Positions 47,746 through 58,327 of a DNA stretch of 64,000 nt are shown here, piece after piece. The notes under the pieces are model-generated. The model was not told the origin of the DNA. It was given only the letters and a program-made list of their open reading frames with translations, and did no database searches. Source of the stretch: Clostridiaceae bacterium (GTDB lineage: Bacteria; Bacillota; Clostridia; Saccharofermentanales; DTU023); NCBI GenBank assembly GCA_012841015.1, contig DUVN01000023.1, positions 60,436 to 124,435 of the forward strand, read 5' to 3'. Positions within the stretch are counted from its first letter, which is position 1; each line of letters begins with the position of its first letter. Both the position numbers and the translations under genes were made by a program.

Positions 47746-50130
47746 GTGCGCCGTAATAAGAAAATTAGCTATCTTGAGGGAGACGGGTATTGGCTCCTTA
47801 AAGGCTCTCGGCTTCGCCTCTCCGACGGTCCTCACGGCGTTCGCAAAGAAACACCGCGCGGCACGCTTCAGGCGACGTGTTTTCCGACGGGTTCTGCACT
47901 TGCCTGTAGTTGGGACGAAAAGCTTATCGAACTTGTGGGGGAATCGCTTGCGACAGAATGTGTTGCCTCCGATGTCAACGTGTTGCTCGGCCCGGGCGTC
48001 AATCTACAAAGGCATCCTGCGTGCGGTCGCAACTTTGAGTATTTCGGCGAGGATCCCCTATTGAGTGGCAAAATGGCAGCGGCTTACATACGCGGCGTTC
48101 AATCGAAAAATGTGGCAGCGACGCTCAAACATTTTGCGCTCAACTCTCAAGAAATGGATCGCTTTCTAGTGGAAAGTATCGTTGATGAGAGGGCGTTGCG
48201 CGAATTCTACCTTATGCCTTTCGAAATCGCGATTCGCGAGTCGAACCCATGGGCCGTGATGACAGCTTACAACCGTTTTGAAGGTCTTAATGCCGGGGAG
48301 AATAAGCGACTGCTCGGCATCTTGCGACATGAATGGAAATATGACGGTTGCGTTGTGAGCGACTGGGGCAGCGTTGAAAACCGACTGCTTGGGCTGGAAG
48401 CCGGCATGGACCTCGAAATGCCCGGAGGGTCAAGTCCTTCAAGTAGCGAGCTTAAAAAAGCCTATAGAAAAGGTCGACTCGACGAAGAGCTTATCGATCG
48501 AGCGCTTGCGAACATTGCAAAACTTGCAGAACGTACCGGCGCTATAAAACGATCATCGCACCTCGGTCATTATCATGTCGCTGTAGAAGTCGCCTGTGAA
48601 TGCATGGTGTTGCTGAAAAATGAAGGTGATCTCTTGCCGGTTTCCTCGACAGAACGAGTTCTTTTGGCTGGAGCAATCGACGAAGCGCAAATCCAAGGTC
48701 TCGGATCATCGAGGGTAGAGCCATTGGTTACCAATACGCCGTTAAGACAATGGCGAGACAGTGATTATCCCTACACGATTGACTGTCTCTGTGCGGAAGA
48801 TGTAGAACTGCTGGAGGGAGAAGGCGAGGCTGTCAGAGGTCAACAGGACGGCCAAGTTCGATGTTCTCATGACTTGTCCGCGAGTGAAAACGAGCAGCGG
48901 CATGGCGCGCGTGTCTGTCTCTACTTTGCGAAATTACCGCCAGATGCAGAGGGATACGATCGCCTCTCGCGCGAGCTTTCGCTCGAAGATAAGTTGGCGA
49001 TAGATCGTCTGAATGACGCAGGGTATGCAATCGTTCTTGTTTTGCAGACAGGAGCTCCGATCGCACTTGGAGATGTACAGACTGATGCCATTCTCTTGAT
49101 GAATTATGCCGGAGAAGGCGCCTATGAGGCACTCCAATCGCTCGTCTACGGTCGACACAGCCCCTCGGGGAGGCTTTGCGCAACGTGGCCTTTTAAATGG
49201 GCAGACGTCGCATCGGACTCCTATTATCCAGCCAATGATTTTCTGGCTCAATATCGTGAGAGTGTTTTTGTTGGTTACCGCTATTACACAACGTTTGGCA
49301 AGTCTGTCGCGTTCCCCTTCGGATATGGGCTCACTTATGGGAAGTTTCAGTATGAGAAGATCGATGCCGAGTTGAAGGGTGAGAATGTTTTCTTGACAGT
49401 TCGTGTGACAAACATTGGAACACGCAGAGCAAAAGAAGTGGTGCAAGCGTACGTCTCTTTTCCGGAGAGCTCTGTGTTGCGACCTTTTTGCGAATTGAAA
49501 GCGTGGGCAAAAGTCGAGCTGAATCCGGGCGAATGCCGCGATGTCGTACTCAAAATACCGTACGATCGCCTCAAGACATATACTGCTCAGGGGGAGAAAA
49601 TATTCGAACGTGGTTTGTACTATTTTCTCTGTGGATCTGATTGTTGCAACATGCCTTTGATCGCGTCGTTGGAGCTTCGCGGCGAACGAGGAAGCGATCG
49701 CGTGGTTGTTGTACCGGAAGACCTTACGGTTGAGGACTTGAGGCAACGCCATCTTATGTTTTCAGGTCTCGACGAGTCCTCGAATATTCCCGCCATTTAC
49801 AGGACGATGGATCGTCCCGTCTCGTTGGAGGAGTTTGAACAGCTCCTCGGACGCAAGGTGCCGCAATCGGTCGGTTTACGGGGTGTCCACGCTCCGCTTT
49901 ACGCTATACGCGGACCTCTCAGGCCATTATTCTTGAAGATCGCATCGAAAAGAGCCGATGCGATGCCCGGCGATCGAGACATGAACCGTCGCGCCGTTCT
50001 CAGCATGCCTTTGCGAGCACTCGCTCGTTTAAGCGAAGGATTACTATCTCCCCGACTGCTGAAACTCATCGTCTTTTTTGGCCTCCGCGGACCATATCGG
50101 GCGAAAAGAAAAAGAAGGATGGAGGCTTAA
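47746..50130 (+). CDS. Glycoside hydrolase family 3 beta-glucosidase
   Basis: SDGPHGVR, the GRNFEYFGEDP motif, and the nucleophile motif VVSDWG. GGGGAGGA lies 6 nt before GTG 47746. Confidence 0.9.
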   Translation: MRRNKKISYLEGDGYWLLKGSRLRLSDGPHGVRKETPRGTLQATCFPTGSALACSWDEKLIELVGESLATECVASDVNVLLGPGVNLQRHPACGRNFEYFGEDPLLSGKMAAAYIRGVQSKNVAATLKHFALNSQEMDRFLVESIVDERALREFYLMPFEIAIRESNPWAVMTAYNRFEGLNAGENKRLLGILRHEWKYDGCVVSDWGSVENRLLGLEAGMDLEMPGGSSPSSSELKKAYRKGRLDEELIDRALANIAKLAERTGAIKRSSHLGHYHVAVEVACECMVLLKNEGDLLPVSSTERVLLAGAIDEAQIQGLGSSRVEPLVTNTPLRQWRDSDYPYTIDCLCAEDVELLEGEGEAVRGQQDGQVRCSHDLSASENEQRHGARVCLYFAKLPPDAEGYDRLSRELSLEDKLAIDRLNDAGYAIVLVLQTGAPIALGDVQTDAILLMNYAGEGAYEALQSLVYGRHSPSGRLCATWPFKWADVASDSYYPANDFLAQYRESVFVGYRYYTTFGKSVAFPFGYGLTYGKFQYEKIDAELKGENVFLTVRVTNIGTRRAKEVVQAYVSFPESSVLRPFCELKAWAKVELNPGECRDVVLKIPYDRLKTYTAQGEKIFERGLYYFLCGSDCCNMPLIASLELRGERGSDRVVVVPEDLTVEDLRQRHLMFSGLDESSNIPAIYRTMDRPVSLEEFEQLLGRKVPQSVGLRGVHAPLYAIRGPLRPLFLKIASKRADAMPGDRDMNRRAVLSMPLRALARLSEGLLSPRLLKLIVFFGLRGPYRAKRKRRMEA

Positions 50131-50135
50131 ATAGC

Positions 50136-51659
50136 ATGTTTGATGTGGCAATTATCGGGGCAGGTGTCGTCGGCTGTGCTGTAGCCTATGAGCTTTCTCA
50201 ATATAAGCTTCGCGCCGCGCTGATTGAGAAAGAAAATGATGTCGCGATGGGGGCGTCGCGCGCAAACACAGCGATTATTCACGGAGGCTATGATCCCGCG
50301 ACTCACACATTGATGGGGAGATTGAATGTCGAAGGCATGCGACGTTGCTTCGAGCTTTGCGAGGAGCTCGATGTCGAACACAAGAAAACAGGTTCATGGG
50401 TTGTTGCCTTTGATGCGACACAGCGCACGACACTCGAGATGCTTTTAGAGCAGGGCGTTGCCAATGGGTGTGAAGGGCTTAAGATACTTGAGGGCGATAT
50501 CGTCCGATCGCGCGAGCCGAACTTGTCGGACGACATCGTGGCGGCGCTTTGGATCCCGGAATCAGGCGTTCTCAATCCTTGGGAGTTTACGCTAGCGATG
50601 GCAGAAGTCGCTGTCCGAAACGGTGTCACCTTTATGCCTAACACGAAAGTCTGTGGTCTGACTTGGCGGCAGGATCACTATGAGATCAAATCGCATACAA
50701 TACGTTCTGCACTGAATATGAGCGAGGACAGTTCGTTTCAGCAAGAATATCATAGAGAGACCGACATCATTGCAATCCGCGCCCATTACGTTATCAATGC
50801 CGCAGGAGTGGGAAGCGACTTGATCCACAACATGGTAGCACCACCCGCTTTTGAGATTGTACCGACACGTGGCGAGTATTTTCTGCTTGACGGAACGGCG
50901 GTAGACCATCTTGTTGGCTCTGTTGTGTTCCCTTGTCCTACACGTGCAGGAAAAGGAGTTACCGTCTCACCGACCGTTCATGGTGACTTTCTGATCGGGC
51001 CGAACTCGGAAGTTGTCGCTGATCGAGAGGATACAGCCGTAACGGGTGGCGCTCTTAGGGACATCGCTCAAAAAGCCCATCGTGTTGTACCCAGTCTCAA
51101 TGTTAGGACGAGCATCAGGAATTTTGCTGGTGTTCGTGCGAACAGCACGTATGGAGATTTCTTCATTGAAAAATCGGCGACTAACTTTATAGACCTTGCT
51201 GCGATCAAGTCGCCAGGGCTGACATGTGCACCGGCAATCGCGCGAGTTGCGAGAGAGATGCTGCAAAAAGACGGACTTCTCAAGGAGAAGCGGGATGATT
51301 GGCGTGGCGGACGCCGTATCATCCGCTTTAAGGAGATTCCAGAGGAGGAACGTGACGCTTTCGTACGTGAGAACCCGCTTTACGGGAGGGTGATTTGTCG
51401 GTGTGAGACGATCACAGAAGGTGAGATTATCGCATCAATGAAGCGTGAGATTCCCCCCGTGTCAATTGATGGCATCAAGCGACGTACAGGAACGGGGATG
51501 GGGCGGTGTCAGGGCGGATTCTGCGGACCGCGCGTTATGGAGATTCTGGCACGCGAATCTGGGCGTGATCCCTTATCCATAGAAGAAGACGGGTGTGGGA
51601 GCACTATTTTGATTGGCAGGACAAAAGATCCAAGGTCTCGAGAAGTCTCGAGCGAATAG
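50136..51659 (+). CDS. FAD-dependent glycerol-3-phosphate dehydrogenase-like oxidoreductase with BFD-like [2Fe-2S] domain
   Basis: DVAIIGAGVVGCA dinucleotide fold. C-terminal CRCETITEGEI...GRCQGGFC. Confidence 0.85.
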   Translation: MFDVAIIGAGVVGCAVAYELSQYKLRAALIEKENDVAMGASRANTAIIHGGYDPATHTLMGRLNVEGMRRCFELCEELDVEHKKTGSWVVAFDATQRTTLEMLLEQGVANGCEGLKILEGDIVRSREPNLSDDIVAALWIPESGVLNPWEFTLAMAEVAVRNGVTFMPNTKVCGLTWRQDHYEIKSHTIRSALNMSEDSSFQQEYHRETDIIAIRAHYVINAAGVGSDLIHNMVAPPAFEIVPTRGEYFLLDGTAVDHLVGSVVFPCPTRAGKGVTVSPTVHGDFLIGPNSEVVADREDTAVTGGALRDIAQKAHRVVPSLNVRTSIRNFAGVRANSTYGDFFIEKSATNFIDLAAIKSPGLTCAPAIARVAREMLQKDGLLKEKRDDWRGGRRIIRFKEIPEEERDAFVRENPLYGRVICRCETITEGEIIASMKREIPPVSIDGIKRRTGTGMGRCQGGFCGPRVMEILARESGRDPLSIEEDGCGSTILIGRTKDPRSREVSSE

Positions 51660-51699
51660 CAATTAGCACTTGAGTCACGCGTAGAATGGTTGAAAACAA

Positions 51700-51865
51700 A
51701 CCACGGTTCCGTGCATGTAAGAGAATGGTGCTCTTCCCGTGGACGCAACGCCCTGCCCGTCTGAACGGCCCCGTGCATGTAAGGGAATGGTGCTCTTCCG
51801 GGTGATCGTAGGGCAAGCGGGGAACACGGCTCCGTACATATAAGGGAATGGTAGATATTGAAAAA
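51700..51865 (+). repeat. Tandem repeat of about 62 bp, 3 units, inside the glycerol operon
   Basis: CCGT(G/A)CAT(G/A)TAAG(A/G)GAATGGT starts at 51709, 51771 and 51832. The last unit abuts the next start codon. Confidence 0.75.
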
Positions 51866-53313
51866 TGCACGATGAATACGAACTGATTGTCATAGGCGGA
51901 GGGCCTGCCGGTCTCGGGGCGGCCCTAAGTGCCCGCGAACACGGCCTAGAACGAATCCTCGTTGTTGAGCGCGATGTGCAACTCGGCGGTATCCTGAACC
52001 AGTGTATTCACAATGGATTCGGGCTCCATTATTTTGGCGAGGAATTGACGGGTCCCGAATATGCTGCAAGGCTTATCGATCGACTCAACGGTCAGGCGAT
52101 TGATGTTCTCTGCGATGCGATGGTGCTTGAGATAATTCCCGGCGAAAACGGTCATACTTTGCGCCTTATGAGTGCTGATTGCGGTTATCGCACAGTCGGA
52201 AGTCAGGCAATTATTCTCGCCATGGGGTGCCGTGAACGGACACGCGGTGCGATTCAAATACCTGGAACGCGTGCAGCAGGTATTTTCACAGCCGGTACAG
52301 CCCAGCGCTATGTCAACATCGAAGGTTACATGGTCGGAAGGCGTATCATCATCCTAGGATCTGGAGATATCGGCCTTATTATGGCGCGACGCATGGTTCT
52401 TGAAGGGGCAACAGTCGTCGCTTGCGTGGAGATTATGCCTTATCCGGGAGGGTTGACAAGGAATATCGTCCAATGCCTCCAAGACTTCGATATTCCTCTT
52501 TATCTTTCGCACACCATCACAAGGATTGAAGGCAAGCAGCGTGTCGAGAAAGTGATTGTGCAGGAGGTGGACGATCGTTTTCATCCGATCGACGGAACGG
52601 ATATAGCATTTGATGTCGATACCGTCTTGCTGTCTGTTGGCCTGATTCCAGAGAACGAGTTAAGCCGTGCTGCTGGTGTAGAAATAGATTCAAAGACATC
52701 AGGTCCGATCGTCTATGAGAACGGCGAGACGAGCGTTCCCGGTATTTTTGCCTGCGGCAATGTGCTTCATGTCCACGATCTTGTCGATTTCGTCACGACG
52801 GAAAGCGAAGGTGCCGGTAAGGCCGCAGCCGAATACGTTCTCAGGCGTATTGACGTTCTTGAAAAGAGGATATATGAGAAAGTATCGCATGATGATGTTA
52901 ATCTGCAGTCTCCGAGCTATGATGACCCTCAAAAGGTTGCGTGTGAGGCAGAGCATGCGAGAGCATCGCACGACGATGTTGAACGATCGGCTTTGATTGA
53001 TGACCTTTCTAAAAAATTGGTGCAAGGGAGATCTTATTGTCTTTCAATTGTCAGAGATGAGACTATTTCGTATACGGTGCCACAGAGGATTAGAGTTCAG
53101 CGCGTCGATAAGCAAGTCAGTGTGTTTTTCCGAGTTAAAAACCCACAAAAGATGCCAAAGTGCATTGTCTTTCGTGACGGAGAGCGTATCGTGGCATCAT
53201 TCCGTCGACCGTATATGATGCCAGGAGAGATGGAACGCGTTACCTTGACAAGGGAACAACTCGATGACGTGTGCGGAAATGAATTGCTGATTTCGGTAGA
53301 AGAGATACGTTAA
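51865..53313 (+). CDS. NAD(P)/FAD-dependent (pyridine nucleotide-disulfide type) oxidoreductase, glycerol-operon partner
   Basis: LIVIGGGPAGL and IILGSGDIG dinucleotide motifs. Confidence 0.85.
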   Translation: MHDEYELIVIGGGPAGLGAALSAREHGLERILVVERDVQLGGILNQCIHNGFGLHYFGEELTGPEYAARLIDRLNGQAIDVLCDAMVLEIIPGENGHTLRLMSADCGYRTVGSQAIILAMGCRERTRGAIQIPGTRAAGIFTAGTAQRYVNIEGYMVGRRIIILGSGDIGLIMARRMVLEGATVVACVEIMPYPGGLTRNIVQCLQDFDIPLYLSHTITRIEGKQRVEKVIVQEVDDRFHPIDGTDIAFDVDTVLLSVGLIPENELSRAAGVEIDSKTSGPIVYENGETSVPGIFACGNVLHVHDLVDFVTTESEGAGKAAAEYVLRRIDVLEKRIYEKVSHDDVNLQSPSYDDPQKVACEAEHARASHDDVERSALIDDLSKKLVQGRSYCLSIVRDETISYTVPQRIRVQRVDKQVSVFFRVKNPQKMPKCIVFRDGERIVASFRRPYMMPGEMERVTLTREQLDDVCGNELLISVEEIR

Positions 53314-53574
53314 CGTGATTCATGAGAGAACCTAGAACAAAGAATGTATTTGCATTGTTTAGAGCGGCAATTTCTCTGACGGTACTTGCAAAGAAGACAT
53401 TTTCATGACTGACAATAAGGTGGTCTTTAAAGGATCGGAAGAATCTGAAAGATGAAGATAAGTTTTGGAAAATCTGTTTGTATCATGTCGTGCAGAGGAA
53501 TGAGAGAGCTTGAAAAACAGAGATGTCTTAGCATTTTTACATGAATTGTCCTGTGCGGAGGTTAGAAAGTTTAC

Positions 53575-53925
53575 ATGAAAGAGTACGTCTGCATTATTTG
53601 CCCGCGAGGTTGTCATCTCGCTGTCGATGAGGAGAACGACTATGCCGTGACAGGTAACGGCTGTCTACGAGGGGCGGCATACGGACGCGAAGAAGCCATG
53701 CACCCTACACGTATTGTGACGTCTTCTGTTCGTGTACGAAGTCGCATTCATCCGCGCTGTCCTGTCAAGACAGATAAGGCAATTGCTAAGTCAGATATTA
53801 TGAAAGCGATGCTCCTGCTCGATGATGTCGAGCTTTCCCCGCCCGTGCGCCGAGGCGATGTCGTCATTGCGTCCTTGTTCGGCGGTGAGGCGAACTTCAT
53901 TGCGACGCGCGATATTGATGAGTAG
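53575..53925 (+). CDS. DUF1667 domain protein
   Basis: MKEYVCIICPRGCHL.V......V.GN.C.RG is the characteristic N-terminus. Confidence 0.85.
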   Translation: MKEYVCIICPRGCHLAVDEENDYAVTGNGCLRGAAYGREEAMHPTRIVTSSVRVRSRIHPRCPVKTDKAIAKSDIMKAMLLLDDVELSPPVRRGDVVIASLFGGEANFIATRDIDE

Positions 53926-53953
53926 TTCTCTTTATTGTTGAGGAGGTGACGAG

Positions 53954-55441
53954 ATGCCACGCTATGTGATGGCGTTTGATGCTGGGACGACGAGCAACCG
54001 ATGTATCCTTTTCGAGGAGAAAGGAATCGTGTGCTCCGTCGCGCAAAAGGAATTTCGACAAATATTCCCTAAACCCGGTTGGGTCGAGCACGATGCGAAC
54101 GAGATCTGGTCGACCCAGATGAGCGTCGCCGCCGAGGCGATGAAACAGGTGAATGCAAAGGCGAAAGACATCGCGGCGATCGGCATCACGAACCAACGCG
54201 AGACGACGATCCTGTGGGATCGTAAGACGGGTGAGCCGATCCACCATGCAATTGTCTGGCAATGTCGGCGGACGTCGGAGATTTGCGATCGTCTAAAAGA
54301 AGAGGGGTTGACATCGATGATTCGGGAGAAGACGGGACTCGTCATCGACGCGTATTTTAGTGCGACGAAAATCATGTGGCTCCTTGATCATGTCTCAGGA
54401 GCGCGTGAAAAAGCGCGCCGCGGCGATATTCTCTTCGGGACGGTGGAGACGTGGCTTATCTGGAAACTCACGCGCGGAAAAGTGCATGTGACTGACTACT
54501 CTAACGCCTCGCGCACGATGCTCTTTAATATCCAAACGCTCTCATGGGATGAGGATATCTTGCGAACACTCGATATACCGCGAGAAATACTGCCAACGAT
54601 ACTCCCGTCAAGTCACATTTTCGGGATGACAGATAAATCTTTTTTTGGTGAACCCATTCCGATAGCAGGTGCTGCAGGAGATCAACAGGCGGCACTGTTT
54701 GGTGAAGCGTGTTTTTCTGCGGGAGAAGCAAAGAATACGTACGGTACAGGTTGTTTTCTTCTGATGAACACTGGTGAATCACCTGTTTTCAGTCAGAATG
54801 GGCTTGTGACGACGGTTGCATGGGGCATCAATGATCGAGTGTACTACGCTTTGGAAGGATCTATTTTCGTTGCGGGTGCTGCTGTCCAATGGCTTCGCGA
54901 TGAACTGGGCATCATCAATACAGCCGAGGAGTCAGAGACTGTGGCGTTGCAGGTTGAAGATACTAATGGTTGCTACATCGTGCCCGCATTTACAGGACTC
55001 GGCGCGCCTTATTGGGATCAGGATGCTCGGGGCTGCATTGTCGGACTTACACGCGGAGTCAATGCCAAACACCTTGTTCGTGCCGTGCTTGAATCGATCG
55101 CTTACCAGACAGCAGATGTTTTGGCGGTGATGCAGGAGGATTCGGGACTTGCTCTGACGGCGCTGAAAGCGGACGGAGGCGCAGCAAAGAATAATTTTCT
55201 GATGCAGTTTCAGGCTGATATCATCGATGTCGCCGTACACCGCCCGGCTTGTGTTGAGACGACAGCGCTCGGTGCCGCATATCTTGCCGGTTTAGCAGTC
55301 GGTTTTTGGGATAGTATTGAGACGTTGAAGTCTCATTGGAAGATAGACCGTATTTTTGAACCGTGGATGCCGGATGACGTGCGCCGGGAAAAATTGAGTG
55401 CTTGGAACAAGGCTGTTGCTCGGGCTCTGAACTGGTCGTAG
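53954..55441 (+). CDS. glpK: Glycerol kinase
   Basis: [16 protein letters not shown] and [12 protein letters not shown] motifs. Confidence 0.95.
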   Translation: MPRYVMAFDAGTTSNRCILFEEKGIVCSVAQKEFRQIFPKPGWVEHDANEIWSTQMSVAAEAMKQVNAKAKDIAAIGITNQRETTILWDRKTGEPIHHAIVWQCRRTSEICDRLKEEGLTSMIREKTGLVIDAYFSATKIMWLLDHVSGAREKARRGDILFGTVETWLIWKLTRGKVHVTDYSNASRTMLFNIQTLSWDEDILRTLDIPREILPTILPSSHIFGMTDKSFFGEPIPIAGAAGDQQAALFGEACFSAGEAKNTYGTGCFLLMNTGESPVFSQNGLVTTVAWGINDRVYYALEGSIFVAGAAVQWLRDELGIINTAEESETVALQVEDTNGCYIVPAFTGLGAPYWDQDARGCIVGLTRGVNAKHLVRAVLESIAYQTADVLAVMQEDSGLALTALKADGGAAKNNFLMQFQADIIDVAVHRPACVETTALGAAYLAGLAVGFWDSIETLKSHWKIDRIFEPWMPDDVRREKLSAWNKAVARALNWS

Positions 55442-55521
55442 GTGATTGTATAATGATAGAAAAATGGGATTATTTATTTGCCAACAAAGTCATGTGATTC
55501 AGCTAGAAAAGGAAGTGTGCT

Positions 55522-57261
55522 ATGGATCATCAAGAACTAAAACATCTAATCAGTGTTGCAGCAGGACGTGAGCCTGCCGATCTCGTCATTAAAAATGTGA
55601 AAATTGTGGACGTTGGTGCCGGCATTATCCGCGAAGGAGATATCGCGATCGTCGATGGGTTGATCGCAGGCACAGGAACGTATACAGGAAAAGAAGAGAT
55701 TGATGCGACTGGGCTTTATGCTCTTCCCGGGCTCATCGACAGCCATATCCACATTGAGTCCGCTTACGTAACACCGGAGGAGATCAGTCGTCTTCTTGTG
55801 CCCTATGGGACGTCGACAATTATTGCCGACCCGCATGAGATCGTGAATGTCGCAGGGCTTAAAGGACTTGAGTATATGCTAGATGCGGCGGCGGAGGTAG
55901 CGCTCCGTATCGAATACATGTTGCCGTCATGTGTGCCGTCGACACCTTTTGAACATGCTGGAGCTGTCATCGAGGCGAAAGATATGGAAGCGCCACTCGC
56001 CGACGATCGCATCTTGGGACTTGCAGAATTTATGAATTGCCCGGGCGTTATTTACTGTGATGACAGTGTGATTGACAAAATCATTGCCGGTAAAAAATCA
56101 GGAAAGCCGATCGATGGTCACAGTCCTGGATTGACCGGACGAGATCTATGTGCGTATGCATCTGCGGGTATCCTCGCCGACCACGAGTGTTCAACGGCGG
56201 AAGAGATGAAAGAAAGGCTGTCGAACGGAATGTATATTATGATGCGTCAGGGGTCAGCGTGCCACAATCTGGAAGCTTTGTTGCCGGTCGTGACTCCGCT
56301 GAACAGTAGGCGCTGTCTTCTCTGTTCCGACGATCGCCAGCCGAAGACGATTTTGACGGAAGGTCACTTAGATGACCATCTGCGCCGCTGTGTACGTTTC
56401 GGCCTCGATCCGATAACGGCCGTTCAGATGGCGACGCTCAACGCGGCGGAAGCATTTGGTCTCAACGATCGCGGAGCGATCTTCCCCGGCCGTCGCGCCG
56501 ATATCAACCTCGTAAATAACCTTGAGGACTTCCGTTCGAAGCGTGTCTTCATTGGCGGTGTGGAGGTTGCCCGCGATGGTGAGTACTTGCTCGAGGTGAA
56601 ACGAGCCGATTATACGCCTGTCAAGAGCAGTATGCATGTGAAAGATTTTTCGATCGATAAGTTGAAGCTCAACTTAAAGAGCAACCGCGTCCATGTGATT
56701 GACATACTTCCTGGAGGCGTCGTCACAGGAAAGGGTATCGCCACAGTGACAGTCGATGAAAATGGTGATTTTGTCTATGATCCTGCTCAGGATATCGTCA
56801 AGATTGCTGTAGTTGAGCGACATCAGGAAACGGGCAATGTCGCTGTCGCGCTTCTGCGCGGCTACGGGATCAAACAAGGCGCTGTCGCCCTCTCGATCGC
56901 GCACGACTCGCACAACATCATCGTTGCCGGGACGAATGACGCCGACATGGCATTCGCAGTCGAGGAATTGATCTCTTTAGGTGGCGGCGTTGTACTCGTC
57001 AAAGACGCAGAAGTGTTGACGTCGCTTCCGTTGCCAGTCGGAGGCATCATGAGTGATCAATCGGGTGAATGGGTGATGCAGAAGCTGATCGACATCCATG
57101 ACATCGCTTGGCAAGAGCTCGGCGTTGAGGGCGACGTGGAGCCGGTGATGACGCTTTGCTTTATGTCGTTGCCCGTCATACCGGAACTCAAGTTAACAGA
57201 TATGGGACTCTTCGACGTCACCGCCTTCGACTTTATCTCACTAGAGGCCGACGAAGCGTAG
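55522..57261 (+). CDS. ade: Adenine deaminase
   Basis: PGLIDSHIHIES amidohydrolase metal motif, 579 aa, family-typical C-terminal domain. Confidence 0.9.
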   Translation: MDHQELKHLISVAAGREPADLVIKNVKIVDVGAGIIREGDIAIVDGLIAGTGTYTGKEEIDATGLYALPGLIDSHIHIESAYVTPEEISRLLVPYGTSTIIADPHEIVNVAGLKGLEYMLDAAAEVALRIEYMLPSCVPSTPFEHAGAVIEAKDMEAPLADDRILGLAEFMNCPGVIYCDDSVIDKIIAGKKSGKPIDGHSPGLTGRDLCAYASAGILADHECSTAEEMKERLSNGMYIMMRQGSACHNLEALLPVVTPLNSRRCLLCSDDRQPKTILTEGHLDDHLRRCVRFGLDPITAVQMATLNAAEAFGLNDRGAIFPGRRADINLVNNLEDFRSKRVFIGGVEVARDGEYLLEVKRADYTPVKSSMHVKDFSIDKLKLNLKSNRVHVIDILPGGVVTGKGIATVTVDENGDFVYDPAQDIVKIAVVERHQETGNVAVALLRGYGIKQGAVALSIAHDSHNIIVAGTNDADMAFAVEELISLGGGVVLVKDAEVLTSLPLPVGGIMSDQSGEWVMQKLIDIHDIAWQELGVEGDVEPVMTLCFMSLPVIPELKLTDMGLFDVTAFDFISLEADEA

Positions 57262-57320
57262 CACCCATTTGAGGCGGGCGCACTTATGACGATCTCGCTT
57301 TAACAATCAACATCCAAAAA

Positions 57321-57347
57321 GGGGAGGATGCAAAGTCCTCCCCTTTT
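57321..57347 (+). terminator. Rho-independent terminator after ade
   Basis: GGGGAGGA-tgcaaag-TCCTCCCC followed by TTTT. Confidence 0.8.
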
Positions 57348-57374
57348 ACGTCAGGCCATCTGTCCGAACACCCA

Positions 57375-58035
57375 GCTGCAATGTGCAATTTTTCAATTAA
57401 TATCGATTTTCTGAACTTTACACTTAATGTCAATGTGCAATTTTTCATATAAAGTCGATTTTTTGTATTTTATACTCAACTACAATGTTCAGTTTTGCAA
57501 TTAATATCGAATTTTTGTATTAGGTATCAGTCGGCCTCTCCGGACCGCTCAACACCGGTGTACAGTTTTTCAATTAATATCGAATTTCTGTATTAGGTAT
57601 CAGCCGGCCTCTCCGGACCGCTCAGCGCCGGTGTACAGTTTTTCATTTAATATCGAATTTCTGTACTAGGCATCAGCCGGTTATTCCGGACTGCTCAACA
57701 CCGGTGTACAGTTTTTCAATTAATAACGAATTTCTGTATTAGGTATCAGTCGGCCTCTCCGGACCGCACAGTGCCGGTGTGCAGTTTTTCAATTAATAAC
57801 GAATTTCAGTACTAGGTATCCGCCGGTTTTTCCGGACCGCTCAGCGCCGGTGTACAGTTTTTCAATTAATATCGAATTTCAGTACTAGGTATCCGCCGGT
57901 TTTTCTGGACCGCTCAACTCCGGTGTGCAATTTTTCAATTAATATCGAATTTCTGTATTAGGTATCAGCCGGCCTCTCCGGACCGCACAGTGCCGGTGTG
58001 CAGTTTTTCAATTAATATCGAATTTTTGAATTATT
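57375..58035 (+). repeat. Family-A structured tandem repeat array, 10 units (3 of about 52 bp, 7 of exactly 73 bp)
   Basis: GT(G/A/T)CA(A/G)TTTTTCAATTAATATCGAATTT cores start at 57383, 57435, 57487, 57560, 57633, 57706, 57779, 57852, 57925 and 57998. The long units add a GC-rich CCGG-rich hairpin. Confidence 0.9.
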
Positions 58036-58327
58036 TCAACAAAACCCAGTGGAAAAGGCTCCTGATACTGTAGTAACTGTTTGATCTGCGATGTTGATTT
58101 GCGAACAATTAACTTGAAATGACTGACACGTTCTCTGGCGGGAATAATTTGCTTGTTTCATATATAATCAATGTGCTTTTTGGACCATGTGTTGTTGCCA
58201 GTCATCATGCCGGGGCATGAGTCTTTGTGTTATGCTCTTTTCAGTTGAAGACATGCTAGGTGTTTTGCCTGCTTATACGCAAACTCATTGTCAGTACGTT
58301 GATGTGAGTAGAGGGGTATGATCGAAA

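Noticed and set aside
57375-58035. Regularly spaced repeats that could be mistaken for a CRISPR array (also 7600-7880, 27900-28320 and 43455-43935)
   Set aside because: The entire 52-82-bp period is conserved from unit to unit. There are no unique spacers, no cas genes in the window, and the units are far longer than CRISPR repeats.
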